Positions 29,096 to 38,620 of a DNA stretch of 59,659 nucleotides are shown here, in pieces. Every line of letters begins with the position of its first letter. The stretch's first letter is position 1. Origin of the DNA: Acidobacteriota bacterium. GTDB taxonomy: Bacteria > Acidobacteriota > Aminicenantia > UBA2199. Below the pieces are notes generated by a model. It saw only the letters and a program-made list of their open reading frames with translations, searched no databases and was not told where the DNA came from. The position numbers and the translations under genes were made by a program. The stretch is taken from the NCBI GenBank assembly GCA_018897435.1, contig JAHIKI010000047.1, forward strand, positions 1 through 59,659, in the 5' to 3' direction.

Positions 29096-30475
29096 ATGGA
29101 AGCAAGCAGACGAATACTGGTTGTTGTCTGGTGTGCCCTGGCCATGATGCCGGCCTGTCGCGGAGCGCTTTTGCTAGCGGCGGACACTTTGCCCACTTCG
29201 GCCTATTTCACCCTGGAGAACGGTTTGCAGGTATTGCTGCAAGAGAAGCATGACCTGCCGTTGACCGGCCTGGCTTTGGCCATCGATATTGGGACCAAGG
29301 ATGAGACGGAGCAGACCAGCGGTTATGCCCATTTGCTTGAACACCTGCTCCTTTTCGGCGCCGGCTCCAAATCTGACAGCGAAACCCGGCTTGTGGAACT
29401 GCGCCGCCACGGCATCGCCCACAACGCTCATACCGATCACGACCTGATGACCTTTGAAATATCCTGCCCGGCCGCAGACAGTATCTGGGCACTGGAACGC
29501 CTGCGCCAGACGGTTTTTTACAGCCGCTTGGACCCGCAGCATCTTGAGAGCGAGAAGCGCATCATTCAGGAAGAAATCCTGCAATTGCGCGACAATCCCT
29601 CCCATCTGGGGCGTTTGCTTGTCATGGAAAAGCTTTTTGCCGGCCATGCCTACGGCCGGGCGGTCTATGGCGATAGCAGTTCCATCCAGGCCGCTACGGT
29701 CGAACAGCTTCAGGCTTTTTGCGACCGCCGGCTCGTCCCCGGTCGCTGTACCTTGTCGGTCATCGGCGCTTTTTCCTTAACCGAGATGGAGAAGGAGGTG
29801 CGCCGCAGCTGGGGTGAATTGGAAAAAAAACCTGCCCTTGAGGCGACGGTTCTACCGGCAGAGGATCTGAAAAAGAGCAGTGAACAACAAATTGAGTTGG
29901 ACATACAGGCGAGTCATCTGTTTTTCGGTTGGCGGGCTCCCGATTTCAACCATGAGCATCGCCTGGCGCTCAACTTGCTGGTCCATATCTTGGGGCGCGG
30001 GTTGAACCCGCTTTTGAACCAGGTTCTGCGCGGCGGCCGTCAACTGGCCCAGCAGTATGACATGAGTTACCTGCCCTGGCGCAGCGGCGGCATGATTTTA
30101 CTGCATCTGACTTTAAAGGAAAAGGATATCCGCAACGCCAAGAACGAAGTGACCCGCTTCCTGCGCCAACTCGGTTCCTTCAATTTCAGTCGGGAGGATT
30201 TTCAGCCTCAGGACAGAATGTACGTGCTTGATTTCTTGAGGGGGGCCAAGAATCAAATGACTTACGGCACCGAGAATTTTCGCGAAGCAGTACTGAACAT
30301 GAGCGTCGCCAGCGCCCGCTTCCTGCTCTTGAACCGCAACCCTTTGAACGGCGCCTATATCGAAAATGTGGAGAAAGTGAGTTCGTCCGATCTGCGCCGC
30401 GTCGCCAGGAAGTACTTAAGCGGAAAAAAGTGGGTACTACTGGCCATCACGCCCCTGGGGGAGAAAAAGAAATGA
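29096..30475 (+). CDS. M16 family zinc peptidase, catalytic subunit
   Basis: Signal peptide; TLENGL; inverted zinc motif HLLEH; NAHT..D; EKRIIQEE. Confidence 0.9.
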   Translation: MEASRRILVVVWCALAMMPACRGALLLAADTLPTSAYFTLENGLQVLLQEKHDLPLTGLALAIDIGTKDETEQTSGYAHLLEHLLLFGAGSKSDSETRLVELRRHGIAHNAHTDHDLMTFEISCPAADSIWALERLRQTVFYSRLDPQHLESEKRIIQEEILQLRDNPSHLGRLLVMEKLFAGHAYGRAVYGDSSSIQAATVEQLQAFCDRRLVPGRCTLSVIGAFSLTEMEKEVRRSWGELEKKPALEATVLPAEDLKKSSEQQIELDIQASHLFFGWRAPDFNHEHRLALNLLVHILGRGLNPLLNQVLRGGRQLAQQYDMSYLPWRSGGMILLHLTLKEKDIRNAKNEVTRFLRQLGSFNFSREDFQPQDRMYVLDFLRGAKNQMTYGTENFREAVLNMSVASARFLLLNRNPLNGAYIENVEKVSSSDLRRVARKYLSGKKWVLLAITPLGEKKK

Positions 30476-31785
30476 GAAAATTCTCCTTTTCCATGGCCTG
30501 GCTGCTGTTGTGGTTGGCGCTAACGGCCGGGATCGCTGCCCAAGAGATCCCCTGGAAGTTGGGCCATGAGCCGGGAGCCTATGCCTTGGCAAACGGCTTG
30601 TCCGTAATTTTGCAGAAAGATGACGCCGCGGCTATAACCTCCGTCCAACTGCTGATGCGGGGCGGTGACCGGGACGATCCGCCAGGACTCAGCGGCCTGG
30701 CCTATCTCACAGCGCGTTTGAGCCTGGAGATCCCCGACCAGTCAAAACTTCAGCAACTTATGGATTTCGGCTCGTCGTTTTCTTTGGCGGTCGGCGGCGA
30801 TTATACGCTGCTCACCGTACGTTCGTTGAGCCGGCACCTGGATGCGACCCTGGCCATCATCAGCGCCATCCTGGTTCAACCCCTTTTCTCCGACATGCGC
30901 ATCGCTGCGGTCAAGGAACTGATGCTGCACCTGCAAAAAAGGGAGATGGATGACCCGACCAGTTTGATGCGCCTGACCCTGGCCAGGACTTTTTTTGCAA
31001 ACAGCGCTTATGGCGCGGCGCGCTTTGGCAATGAAACTTCGCTGGCTGAGATCGGCAAAAAGGATATCCAGGCCTTTTTCCGCAGCCATTACGTAGCCGG
31101 CAATATGACGGCGGTGGTCATCAGCGACCTGGATGCGGATATCATCAAACCGATCCTGGCCCGCCATCTCGGCGTAATCCCCGCGGGGCCGCGGCTGCCG
31201 TTTACCCCGGTAGGCCTGCGCCAGCTTCAAGGGCAGCGGCTGACGCTTGAGCGCCAGGCGGCCCAGGCCCACGTTTCTCTATCCGTGCTGCTGCCCGAAG
31301 CAACAGCAGATCATTTCCTTATGGCCGCCCTGCTGGAAACCTGGCTGGGCAAAGGCATCGGCAGCCGCTTATGGTCCCTGCGCAGCCGCGGCGACCTGGC
31401 CTATGGCCTGAACGCCGAATTGAAGCCTAATCGGGAGGCGATGCTGCTCAGTGTTTATCTGCAAACCGACAACCGCCGTAGTCCGCAGGCGCTGACGGAA
31501 CTGATGCAACTGATCCAGACGGTTCACGATACCGGCAGTAGTGAAGCGGAGCTGGCCGCGGCCAAAGCCTACGCCCGGGCCGATTTTTGGCGTGAGAATG
31601 AAACCCGTGAACACCGCGCCGCCACCCTGGCCTTCCTGGAAGGCAGCGGACTGTCCTATCACCTGGCCGGTGATTTCAGTGAACGGCTGGAAAAAATCAG
31701 CCTGGAGGAATTCAATCGCGCGCTCCGTGCCTGGCTGGCTCCCGAACGCTGGTTCATATTGCTTATCGGTCAGGCGGCAGAGTAG
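30472..31785 (+). CDS. M16 family peptidase, non-catalytic partner subunit
   Basis: ATGA overlap with the previous gene; LANGL; no HxxEH; SRLWSLRSRGDLAY (R/Y pair). Confidence 0.85.
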   Translation: MRKFSFSMAWLLLWLALTAGIAAQEIPWKLGHEPGAYALANGLSVILQKDDAAAITSVQLLMRGGDRDDPPGLSGLAYLTARLSLEIPDQSKLQQLMDFGSSFSLAVGGDYTLLTVRSLSRHLDATLAIISAILVQPLFSDMRIAAVKELMLHLQKREMDDPTSLMRLTLARTFFANSAYGAARFGNETSLAEIGKKDIQAFFRSHYVAGNMTAVVISDLDADIIKPILARHLGVIPAGPRLPFTPVGLRQLQGQRLTLERQAAQAHVSLSVLLPEATADHFLMAALLETWLGKGIGSRLWSLRSRGDLAYGLNAELKPNREAMLLSVYLQTDNRRSPQALTELMQLIQTVHDTGSSEAELAAAKAYARADFWRENETREHRAATLAFLEGSGLSYHLAGDFSERLEKISLEEFNRALRAWLAPERWFILLIGQAAE

Positions 31786-31833
31786 TTCGCGTTTTTAGCT
31801 TGCAATCTCCTGTAAAAAATTGTATAAGAAAAA

Positions 31834-33240
31834 ATGGCTATAAAACTCTTTTCTCACGGCGCCTGCGCTGAAGTAACTGGTTCCAAGCATTTCCTGGATA
31901 TTGACGGCCGGCTGCTGCAGATCGACTGCGGCATGTTCCAGGGCCGCCGCGCTGAATCCTATCAGAAAAACAGGGAAATGCCGTTCGACCCCAAGGCGGT
32001 GCGTGCCGTCATCCTGACCCACGCCCATTTCGATCATTCCGGCGCCCTGCCGATCATGCTCCAGAAGGGTTTCACCGGCAACATCCATTCCACTTCCGCC
32101 AGCCGCGATGTTACCCAGATCATCCTGCTGGACAGTGCCTATATCCAGCAAAAGGATTTTGAGATCCTCCAGGAAAAGTCGGCCAAGCACCCTAAAAGAA
32201 AATTGACGGTTTACCAGCCCCTGTACAGCGCCGAAGAAGCCGTCGCCGTCATGGGCAATTTCGTTACCAGCAACTACCACCGCAAATTCAAGCCCCTGGA
32301 CGGAGTGGAAGCCGAATTTTTCGATGCCGGACACATCCTGGGCGCGGCCACGGTGCACCTGACCATCCAGGAGGGCCTGCGCGTTGGTTTCAGCGGCGAT
32401 CTCGGCCGCCGCGGCCTGCCGATCATCCGCGATCCCGAGATCATGCCTGCCATGGATTACCTGGTTTTGGAAGGGACTTATGGCAACCGGCTGCACAAGT
32501 CAATCGGCCTGGCCGGAGAAGAATTGGGCGAGATCATCCGCAAGGCCCATTCCCGACGCGGCAAGATCATCATCCCCGCCTTCACCATCGAGCGCACCCA
32601 GGAGCTGATCTACCTGATCCATGTCCTGCAGCAGGAAGGGAAGATCCCCATCCTGCCCATCTTTATCGATTCGCCCATGGCGGTCAACGCTACCGCCATT
32701 TTCAAGATCCATCCCGAATGCTTTGACGAGGAGACCATGAGCCGTTTCACCGGAGCCAACGTCGATCCTTTCGGCTTCGACAACATCCGCTACGTGGTTT
32801 CCACGGCCGAATCCAAGGAGATCAACGCCTTCGACGGTCCGGCCATCATCATCTCGGCCAGCGGCATGGCCGAATCGGGACGCATCCTGCACCACCTGAT
32901 CCGCCGCATTGAAAATCCGGACAATATCATCGCCATCGTCGGCTTCATGGCCGAGCACACCCTGGGTCGGCGGCTGGTTGAGCGGGCTCCGGAGATAAGG
33001 ATCTTTGGGCGGAATTACAAAGTCAAAGCCGAGATTGCCACCTTGAACGCCTTTTCCGGACATGCCGATTACGCCGAGACTATCGAGTGGCTCTCGCGCC
33101 ATGACTGGAAACGCTTGAAAAAAATATTCCTTGTTCATGGCGAGGAACCGGCCCTATTGAACCTGCAAAAAGAACTTCTGCAATTCGGCATCCCCCAGGT
33201 GGAGATCGTCCGCTATGGCGGCTCCTACGAGTTGAATTAG
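31834..33240 (+). CDS. Metallo-beta-lactamase/beta-CASP ribonuclease-like protein
   Basis: VTGS, DCGMFQG, THAHFDHSG, AGHILG, SGDLG, EGTYG, FSGHAD, LVHGE. Confidence 0.92.
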   Translation: MAIKLFSHGACAEVTGSKHFLDIDGRLLQIDCGMFQGRRAESYQKNREMPFDPKAVRAVILTHAHFDHSGALPIMLQKGFTGNIHSTSASRDVTQIILLDSAYIQQKDFEILQEKSAKHPKRKLTVYQPLYSAEEAVAVMGNFVTSNYHRKFKPLDGVEAEFFDAGHILGAATVHLTIQEGLRVGFSGDLGRRGLPIIRDPEIMPAMDYLVLEGTYGNRLHKSIGLAGEELGEIIRKAHSRRGKIIIPAFTIERTQELIYLIHVLQQEGKIPILPIFIDSPMAVNATAIFKIHPECFDEETMSRFTGANVDPFGFDNIRYVVSTAESKEINAFDGPAIIISASGMAESGRILHHLIRRIENPDNIIAIVGFMAEHTLGRRLVERAPEIRIFGRNYKVKAEIATLNAFSGHADYAETIEWLSRHDWKRLKKIFLVHGEEPALLNLQKELLQFGIPQVEIVRYGGSYELN

Positions 33241-33262
33241 ACCCCCTCAACGGTAAGGGATT

Positions 33263-33802
33263 ATGGAAACAATCGATTTCAGCGGCATCGCCTGCCAGGT
33301 GCTGCGCCGCAACCGGGGCCGGGGCGTGCGCATCGCTTTCCGCAGCGGCCGCCTGCAAATCGTCCTGCCCCGCAACCTTGATCCGCTGCCGATCATGAAC
33401 CGGCACAAGCAGTGGATATTGAAAAAGCACGAATTGTTCCGGCGGCAGCATCTTCTAGCCGAAGCATTGGAGCTCGTTTGCCGTTCGAACGAGGAATTTT
33501 TAAACTTGGTGCGGGACTTGATCGGGCGCTATGCCGGGGTTCTGGCGATGAAGCCCTCGGGAATCGGTTTCCGCAAGATGAAAAGCAAGTGGGGGAGCTG
33601 CAATCCAAAAGGGAAGATCTGCCTGAACACCTGGCTGCAGGCCCTGCCCGACGAACCGGTCGCCTTCGTGGTCTATCATGAGCTGGCCCACCTCAAGGTC
33701 CGCAATCACGGTCCCGATTTCAAAGCCCTGATCCGCGCCGAATTCCCCGATTTTCGCGACCTGGACAAAAAATTGCGGCTTTACAGCCTGAAAATTCTTT
33801 GA
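33263..33802 (+). CDS. YgjP/DUF45 (M48-like) metal-dependent hydrolase
   Basis: MKSKWGSC; HELAHL..NHGPDF (HExxH). Confidence 0.85.
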   Translation: METIDFSGIACQVLRRNRGRGVRIAFRSGRLQIVLPRNLDPLPIMNRHKQWILKKHELFRRQHLLAEALELVCRSNEEFLNLVRDLIGRYAGVLAMKPSGIGFRKMKSKWGSCNPKGKICLNTWLQALPDEPVAFVVYHELAHLKVRNHGPDFKALIRAEFPDFRDLDKKLRLYSLKIL

Positions 33803-33840
33803 TTCTCCCAATATTAAAACAATATTCCAAACTCGAAGAC

Positions 33841-33863
33841 AAAAGGCATGAGTTGTGCCTTTT
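33841..33863. terminator. Probable bidirectional terminator between convergent genes
   Basis: AAAAGGCA-7 nt-TGCCTTTT. Confidence 0.55.
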
Positions 33864-33879
33864 CCAATCTGCTAATTTT

Positions 33880-35034
33880 TTATATTATTCTGCCGCTCCA
33901 CAAGCGATCTAGGAAATCGCGCCAGGGCAGGATGAGGATGTCGTCTGCGGTCAGGCGCGGGCGGGGATCCAGCGAGACCAGATAGCAGGGGGCTTTGTGT
34001 TCCTGGCGGAACGCACGCAATCCCCTGAGGTGGTGGTCGCCGGCGGCCGTGGTCGATTTGATCTCCACGGCAACCTGGCCATCGCCCAAGACCAGGTCCA
34101 CTTCCAGCTGAGAGGCTGTCCGCCAGTAGGCGATGCCGGGATTGCACCCTGAATACGCCGCCCAGGCAAAAACCTCCATGATCAGGAAGTGCTCGAAGGC
34201 GCGGCCGAACAACTCGGAGCCCGGCTGGACCGGCCCGCGGCGCGCGAGCCATGAGACGATGCCCGTGTCGAAAAAGAAAAACCTGGAGGCCTGGATGAGG
34301 CGGCGTTTCACCCTGCGGCGAAAGGCGGGCAGGAAGCGCCCGACCAGCGTGTCCTCCAGGATTTGGAAATACCCCTTGACGGTATGGGCGCTGACGCCGC
34401 AATCGCTGGCGATGTTCAGGAAATTGATCATCTCGCCATTGGAGAGGGCCGCGACCTCCAGGAAACGGCTGAAGGCGGGGATGTTGCGCGTTGCGGCCTC
34501 CACGGCGATCTCCTCCTTCAGGTAATCGCCGACATAGGCTTCAAGGAGTTTGCCGGGCTGCGTGCTCAAGTAGTGCCTGGGCAGCAATCCATGATTCAAG
34601 GCCTTCTGCAGGGAAAAATCGGGGATTTCAGGGGAGGTCAGCGGCATAAGTTCATAGCGAATGGCCCTCCCTCCCAGCAGGTTGGCGTGGTTCCTTTTCA
34701 ACTTGCGGGGGCTGGAGCCGCAGAGGATGAAACGCAGGCCGCGGTTTTCGATCAGCCAGTGGACCTCGTCGAGAAGGCCGGGGATCTTTTGCACTTCGTC
34801 GATGATTATGGGTTGTTTTTGGTTCGAGCCGTGCAATCCGCTCGCCTCGCACTCCTGGCGCAGCCGTTCTGGATAAGTGACGAAACTGCGGTACAGGTCG
34901 GCCAGAAGAAGATCGTAATATTTGGCATCCGGAAAGAGCGTTTTCAGCAGGGTGCTTTTTCCGGTTTGCCTTGGTCCCCACAAAAAACAGGATTCCTTTT
35001 CGCTTTGGCTTAGGACAAGTTTTCTTTTAAACAT
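33880..35034 (-). CDS. AAA_14 ATPase with DUF4143 PD-(D/E)xK nuclease-like C-terminus
   Basis: Walker A GPRQTGKS; Walker B IIIDEVQK; LCGSS; FFFDTG; EVDLV...VEIK. Confidence 0.88.
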   Translation of the reverse strand: MFKRKLVLSQSEKESCFLWGPRQTGKSTLLKTLFPDAKYYDLLLADLYRSFVTYPERLRQECEASGLHGSNQKQPIIIDEVQKIPGLLDEVHWLIENRGLRFILCGSSPRKLKRNHANLLGGRAIRYELMPLTSPEIPDFSLQKALNHGLLPRHYLSTQPGKLLEAYVGDYLKEEIAVEAATRNIPAFSRFLEVAALSNGEMINFLNIASDCGVSAHTVKGYFQILEDTLVGRFLPAFRRRVKRRLIQASRFFFFDTGIVSWLARRGPVQPGSELFGRAFEHFLIMEVFAWAAYSGCNPGIAYWRTASQLEVDLVLGDGQVAVEIKSTTAAGDHHLRGLRAFRQEHKAPCYLVSLDPRPRLTADDILILPWRDFLDRLWSGRII

Positions 35035-35234
35035 GATATTTCTTAATGTGCTTACACTTTATCATGATATAATGCACCAATCATTCCGATTGTCATCATG
35101 GTTATTGTAATTCTGAAAAAATAAAATGTCAAGAGACTAACGAATTATTTAATTTTGAATTAAATTAAGAAAAATATGAAAAAGGGATATATTGTGGCCT
35201 TCTATTTCTGAAAAGTATTTAGACCCCCGTCAGC

Positions 35235-35263
35235 TTGACAATATCCGGGTGAATCGTTATACT
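35235..35263 (+). promoter_or_regulatory. sigma70 promoter of ftsK; probably a leaderless transcript
   Basis: TTGACA(35235-40)-17 bp-TATACT(35258-63); ATG at 35272; no SD. Confidence 0.7.
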
Positions 35264-35271
35264 TTTTGCCA

Positions 35272-37545
35272 ATGGCAAAGGTGAATAAAGAGAATTTCGA
35301 CGATACAAAACTGTCGCTTAAAAACGAAATCATCGGCATTCTGGCGCTTTTTTCTTCCTTCTTCCTGATCTTCAGCCTGTTCAGCTTCACGCCCCTGGAT
35401 CCCAGTTTTTTTCATTCCGCCCAGGGCCGGGTTGTGCACAATTTCGGCGGCCGGGTGGGGGCGGAACTGGCCACTCTGCTGTTCAACCTGTTCGGCTTCG
35501 CTTCACTGCTGTTCATTCTGATATTCCTGTTTTTGACCGCGTTTTTCCTTTTCAACCGCCGCATCGGCCGGGTGGTCAGCAAGGGCATCGGTTTTTTCAT
35601 CCTGCTGGTGTCGTTGGCATCGTTCCTGGCCAACGTCAAACCCATGATCGCCGTGGCCGGTCAGCCGGTCCATTCCGGCGGCATGGTCGGCCTGCTGCTC
35701 AATAATTTTTTCAGCGCCCAGATCAGAAGCGGTTTCGCGGCGGCGTTTTTCCTTTCGCTGCTGGGCATTTCCCTGGTGCTGATCGCCAAGGTATCGATTA
35801 GAAATATTTTTGTATTCCTGGCGCGCGTTCTGAAAAAAGTGGCTGTCCTTCTGGCGGTTTTTTTCCAAAGACGGCTGGAAAGTATTCGCAAAAACCGCAA
35901 CCGCAAAAAAGTCCAGCAAAAATACGACGAGGCCGCAGGGAATTTTGTGTTCAAAGGCCGGCAGCTGCTTAAGGAAAGGGAAAAAGAGGTTGTTTTGCGC
36001 CCGGAAAAGAGAGCTCTGGTCAAAAAACCCAGCAAATTTCCCGAAGAGTCCGGAATCTTTCCGGAATTGGAGCAGGAATTTCAGCCCGATGCCCAGTATC
36101 AGCCGCCCCCGTTGACCTACCTGGATGCTCCCAGCCGAAAAAGCCAGATCGATATTGATGAACTGGAAGAAAAGAAATTGGAACTGGCGCAGCGGCTGCA
36201 GGAATTCAAGATCAACGGCGAGATCGCCGAATACACTCCCGGGCCGGTCATCACCACCTTTGAATTCGTCCCCGATGTCGGTGTTAAGGTCAAGGACGTG
36301 TCCAGCCTGACCGAGGACCTGGCCCTGGTTGTGAAAGCCCAGTATGTCCGTATCGAGCGTATTCTGGGCAAAAAAGCCATCGGTATAGAGATCCCCAACA
36401 AGAAACGCGAGATCATTCACCTGCGCGAATTGTTGGAAACCGCGCAATACCAGCATGCCAGCTCGCCGCTGACCCTGGCCCTGGGCAAAACCGCCAGCGG
36501 CGATATTTTCATATCCGACTTGAAGGAAATGCCCCATTTGCTGATCGCCGGCGCCACCGGCAGCGGCAAAAGCGTGGCCATTCATTCCCTTATCCTGAGT
36601 ATCCTTTACAAATCCTCGCCCCAGACCGTGAAATTCATCATGATCGACCCCAAGCGCATCGAACTGGCCATTTACAACTCCCTGCCGCACCTGCTCACCC
36701 CGGTGGTGGTCAATCCCAAACTGGCCAAGAACGCCCTGGACTGGGCGGTTTTTGAAATGGAGAACCGCTACAAAAAACTGGCCACCCTGCAGGTGCGCAA
36801 TATCGAGCAGTACAACAAGAAGCTGGAAATGCTTATCCAATCCGAAGATGAGGACCTGGAGCAACTGGATGACAAGGAGCCCATTCCCTATATCGTGATC
36901 ATCATCGATGAACTGGCCGACCTGATGATGGTCTCGGCCCGGGAGATCGAGGACAATATCCTGCGCCTGGCCCAGAAGGCCCGGGCCATCGGCATTCACC
37001 TGATCCTGGCCACCCAGCGACCTTCCATCGACGTCATCACCGGCAGCATCAAGAATAATTTTCCCTCGCGCATCGCTTTGGCCGTCCCGTCCAAGTACGA
37101 TTCGCGGACGATCATCGACCAGATCGGGGCGGAAAAACTCCTGGGCAACGGCGACATGCTATTCCTGCCTCCCAAGACCGCGTCCCTGATCCGCCTCCAT
37201 TCGGCTTTTGTTTCGGAAGCGGAGACCGTGCGCGTGGTCAACTTTCTGTCCAAGCAGGCCAAGCCCGAGTTCAACACCCAGATCATCAAGCATTCCGCCA
37301 AAAAAGAAGAGGCAAGCGAAGACCAGATCATGGATGAATTGTTTTTCGATGCCGCGGAAACCATCATCACCACAGGCCAGGCATCGGCTTCCTACCTGCA
37401 GAGAAAAATGAGCGTGGGCTACGCCCGCGCCGGCCGGCTGATCGACCAGCTGCAGGAAAAAGGGGTCATCTCACCGCCCAACAGCCGCAACCAGCGGGAG
37501 ATCCTTATGACCATGGACGACCTGCAGAACATCAACAAAGAATAG
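35272..37545 (+). CDS. ftsK: DNA translocase FtsK/SpoIIIE
   Basis: 4-TM N-terminus; PHLLIAGATGSGKS; IIDELADLMM; ATQRPS; gamma domain LQRKMSVGYARAGRLID. Confidence 0.96.
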   Translation: MAKVNKENFDDTKLSLKNEIIGILALFSSFFLIFSLFSFTPLDPSFFHSAQGRVVHNFGGRVGAELATLLFNLFGFASLLFILIFLFLTAFFLFNRRIGRVVSKGIGFFILLVSLASFLANVKPMIAVAGQPVHSGGMVGLLLNNFFSAQIRSGFAAAFFLSLLGISLVLIAKVSIRNIFVFLARVLKKVAVLLAVFFQRRLESIRKNRNRKKVQQKYDEAAGNFVFKGRQLLKEREKEVVLRPEKRALVKKPSKFPEESGIFPELEQEFQPDAQYQPPPLTYLDAPSRKSQIDIDELEEKKLELAQRLQEFKINGEIAEYTPGPVITTFEFVPDVGVKVKDVSSLTEDLALVVKAQYVRIERILGKKAIGIEIPNKKREIIHLRELLETAQYQHASSPLTLALGKTASGDIFISDLKEMPHLLIAGATGSGKSVAIHSLILSILYKSSPQTVKFIMIDPKRIELAIYNSLPHLLTPVVVNPKLAKNALDWAVFEMENRYKKLATLQVRNIEQYNKKLEMLIQSEDEDLEQLDDKEPIPYIVIIIDELADLMMVSAREIEDNILRLAQKARAIGIHLILATQRPSIDVITGSIKNNFPSRIALAVPSKYDSRTIIDQIGAEKLLGNGDMLFLPPKTASLIRLHSAFVSEAETVRVVNFLSKQAKPEFNTQIIKHSAKKEEASEDQIMDELFFDAAETIITTGQASASYLQRKMSVGYARAGRLIDQLQEKGVISPPNSRNQREILMTMDDLQNINKE

Positions 37546-37610
37546 CCGGCCGACAATTCACTAAATGTTTTTCCCTGCCAGGGAGTATACTATGCGGTGG
37601 CAGGAGATGC

Positions 37611-38138
37611 ATGACTGAAACGGAACTGATCCGCAACGCCCAGCTTGGCGATCGCGACGCTTTTGCCGGGCTCGTCTCCAGTCATGAGAAAAAGCTGCTG
37701 GCCCTCTGTTGGAACATGCTGGGCGAGCGCGAGGAGGCCCGCGACGCCGCTCAGGAAGCCCTGCTGCAGGCCTTCGAGAATTTATCCCGCTTCGATGCCG
37801 GGCGCAGCTTCATCAAGTGGTTGCTGGGCATCGGCGCCAAGCGCTGCCTGGACCGCCTGCGCCAGCGGCGGACGTTCCTGAGATATTTTCAGGACCATGC
37901 CCGCGAATGGCTGGGGCGGGGAGGACCGCGAACCGCATCCGCCGTGGATGGTGAACGCGCCGGACGGCTTCTGCAGAAGCTGTCTTCCAGGGAGCGCGCG
38001 GTGGTCTCCCTGACGGTGTTCGAGGATTTCAGCGCCCGCGATATCGCGGCGGCGCTGGGCTGCTCCGAGAATACGGCACGCGTTCACCTGTTCAACGCCC
38101 GCGTGAAGCTGAAAAAGGAGGTGGCCGATGGTCTGTAA
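37611..38138 (+). CDS. ECF RNA polymerase sigma factor
   Basis: Region 2 DAAQEALLQAF...FIKWL; region 4 DIAAALGCSENTARVHLFNAR. Confidence 0.9.
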   Translation: MTETELIRNAQLGDRDAFAGLVSSHEKKLLALCWNMLGEREEARDAAQEALLQAFENLSRFDAGRSFIKWLLGIGAKRCLDRLRQRRTFLRYFQDHAREWLGRGGPRTASAVDGERAGRLLQKLSSRERAVVSLTVFEDFSARDIAAALGCSENTARVHLFNARVKLKKEVADGL

Positions 38139-38604
38139 ATGGGTCCGGTTCGGATACCGGGCATTGCCCCTGCCGGTCTGGAGAGCGTTCTTGCTTGACC
38201 GGCACATCGAGCACTGTCCACAGTGCCTGGGCGAGGCCCTGGGCGATGCGGCCATCCGCTCCCTGGGCGTGACGCCGGCTGACCTGGAGGGCGAGCCGTC
38301 CTTGCCCCCGTTCGCCGCCGCTTTCAGCGCCCCTTCCCGCCGCCGCACTTTTCGCTTCCGCTGGAACTATGCTTTCTGGTTTTTCCTAGCGGCGGCCATC
38401 CTGTGGGTCGCGGTCGCGATCTCGAGCATCGTTCCTCCCGGGACTTTGCCGCAAGGCACCGTTACCGTGACGGAGGAGAATGAGGACGCCTGCGTCTTCG
38501 CCGTCCTTGAGGCTATGGTCAGCGGCGAGCCTGCCCGCCCGGTCGTATTCAAGCCCCGACAGCCGGGGGTGACGATCGTTTGGTTCGAAAAAACCATCAA
38601 TTGA
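38128..38604 (+). CDS. Putative zinc-binding anti-sigma factor
   Basis: HIEHCPQC (Hx3Cx2C ZAS motif); single TM; overlaps the sigma gene. Confidence 0.75.
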   Translation: MVCKWVRFGYRALPLPVWRAFLLDRHIEHCPQCLGEALGDAAIRSLGVTPADLEGEPSLPPFAAAFSAPSRRRTFRFRWNYAFWFFLAAAILWVAVAISSIVPPGTLPQGTVTVTEENEDACVFAVLEAMVSGEPARPVVFKPRQPGVTIVWFEKTIN

Positions 38605-38620
38605 TTTCAGGAGGTCATGA

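Noticed and set aside
29096-31785. M16 pair with one subunit lacking HxxEH as a pseudogene or novelty
   Set aside because: Active plus inactive heterodimers are the known M16B arrangement.
35503-36999. 498-aa minus-strand ORF, and similar long ORFs at 6954-8045, 16713-17612, 41454-42428 and 58033-59022
   Set aside because: Antisense shadows of well-supported genes with no recognisable motifs.
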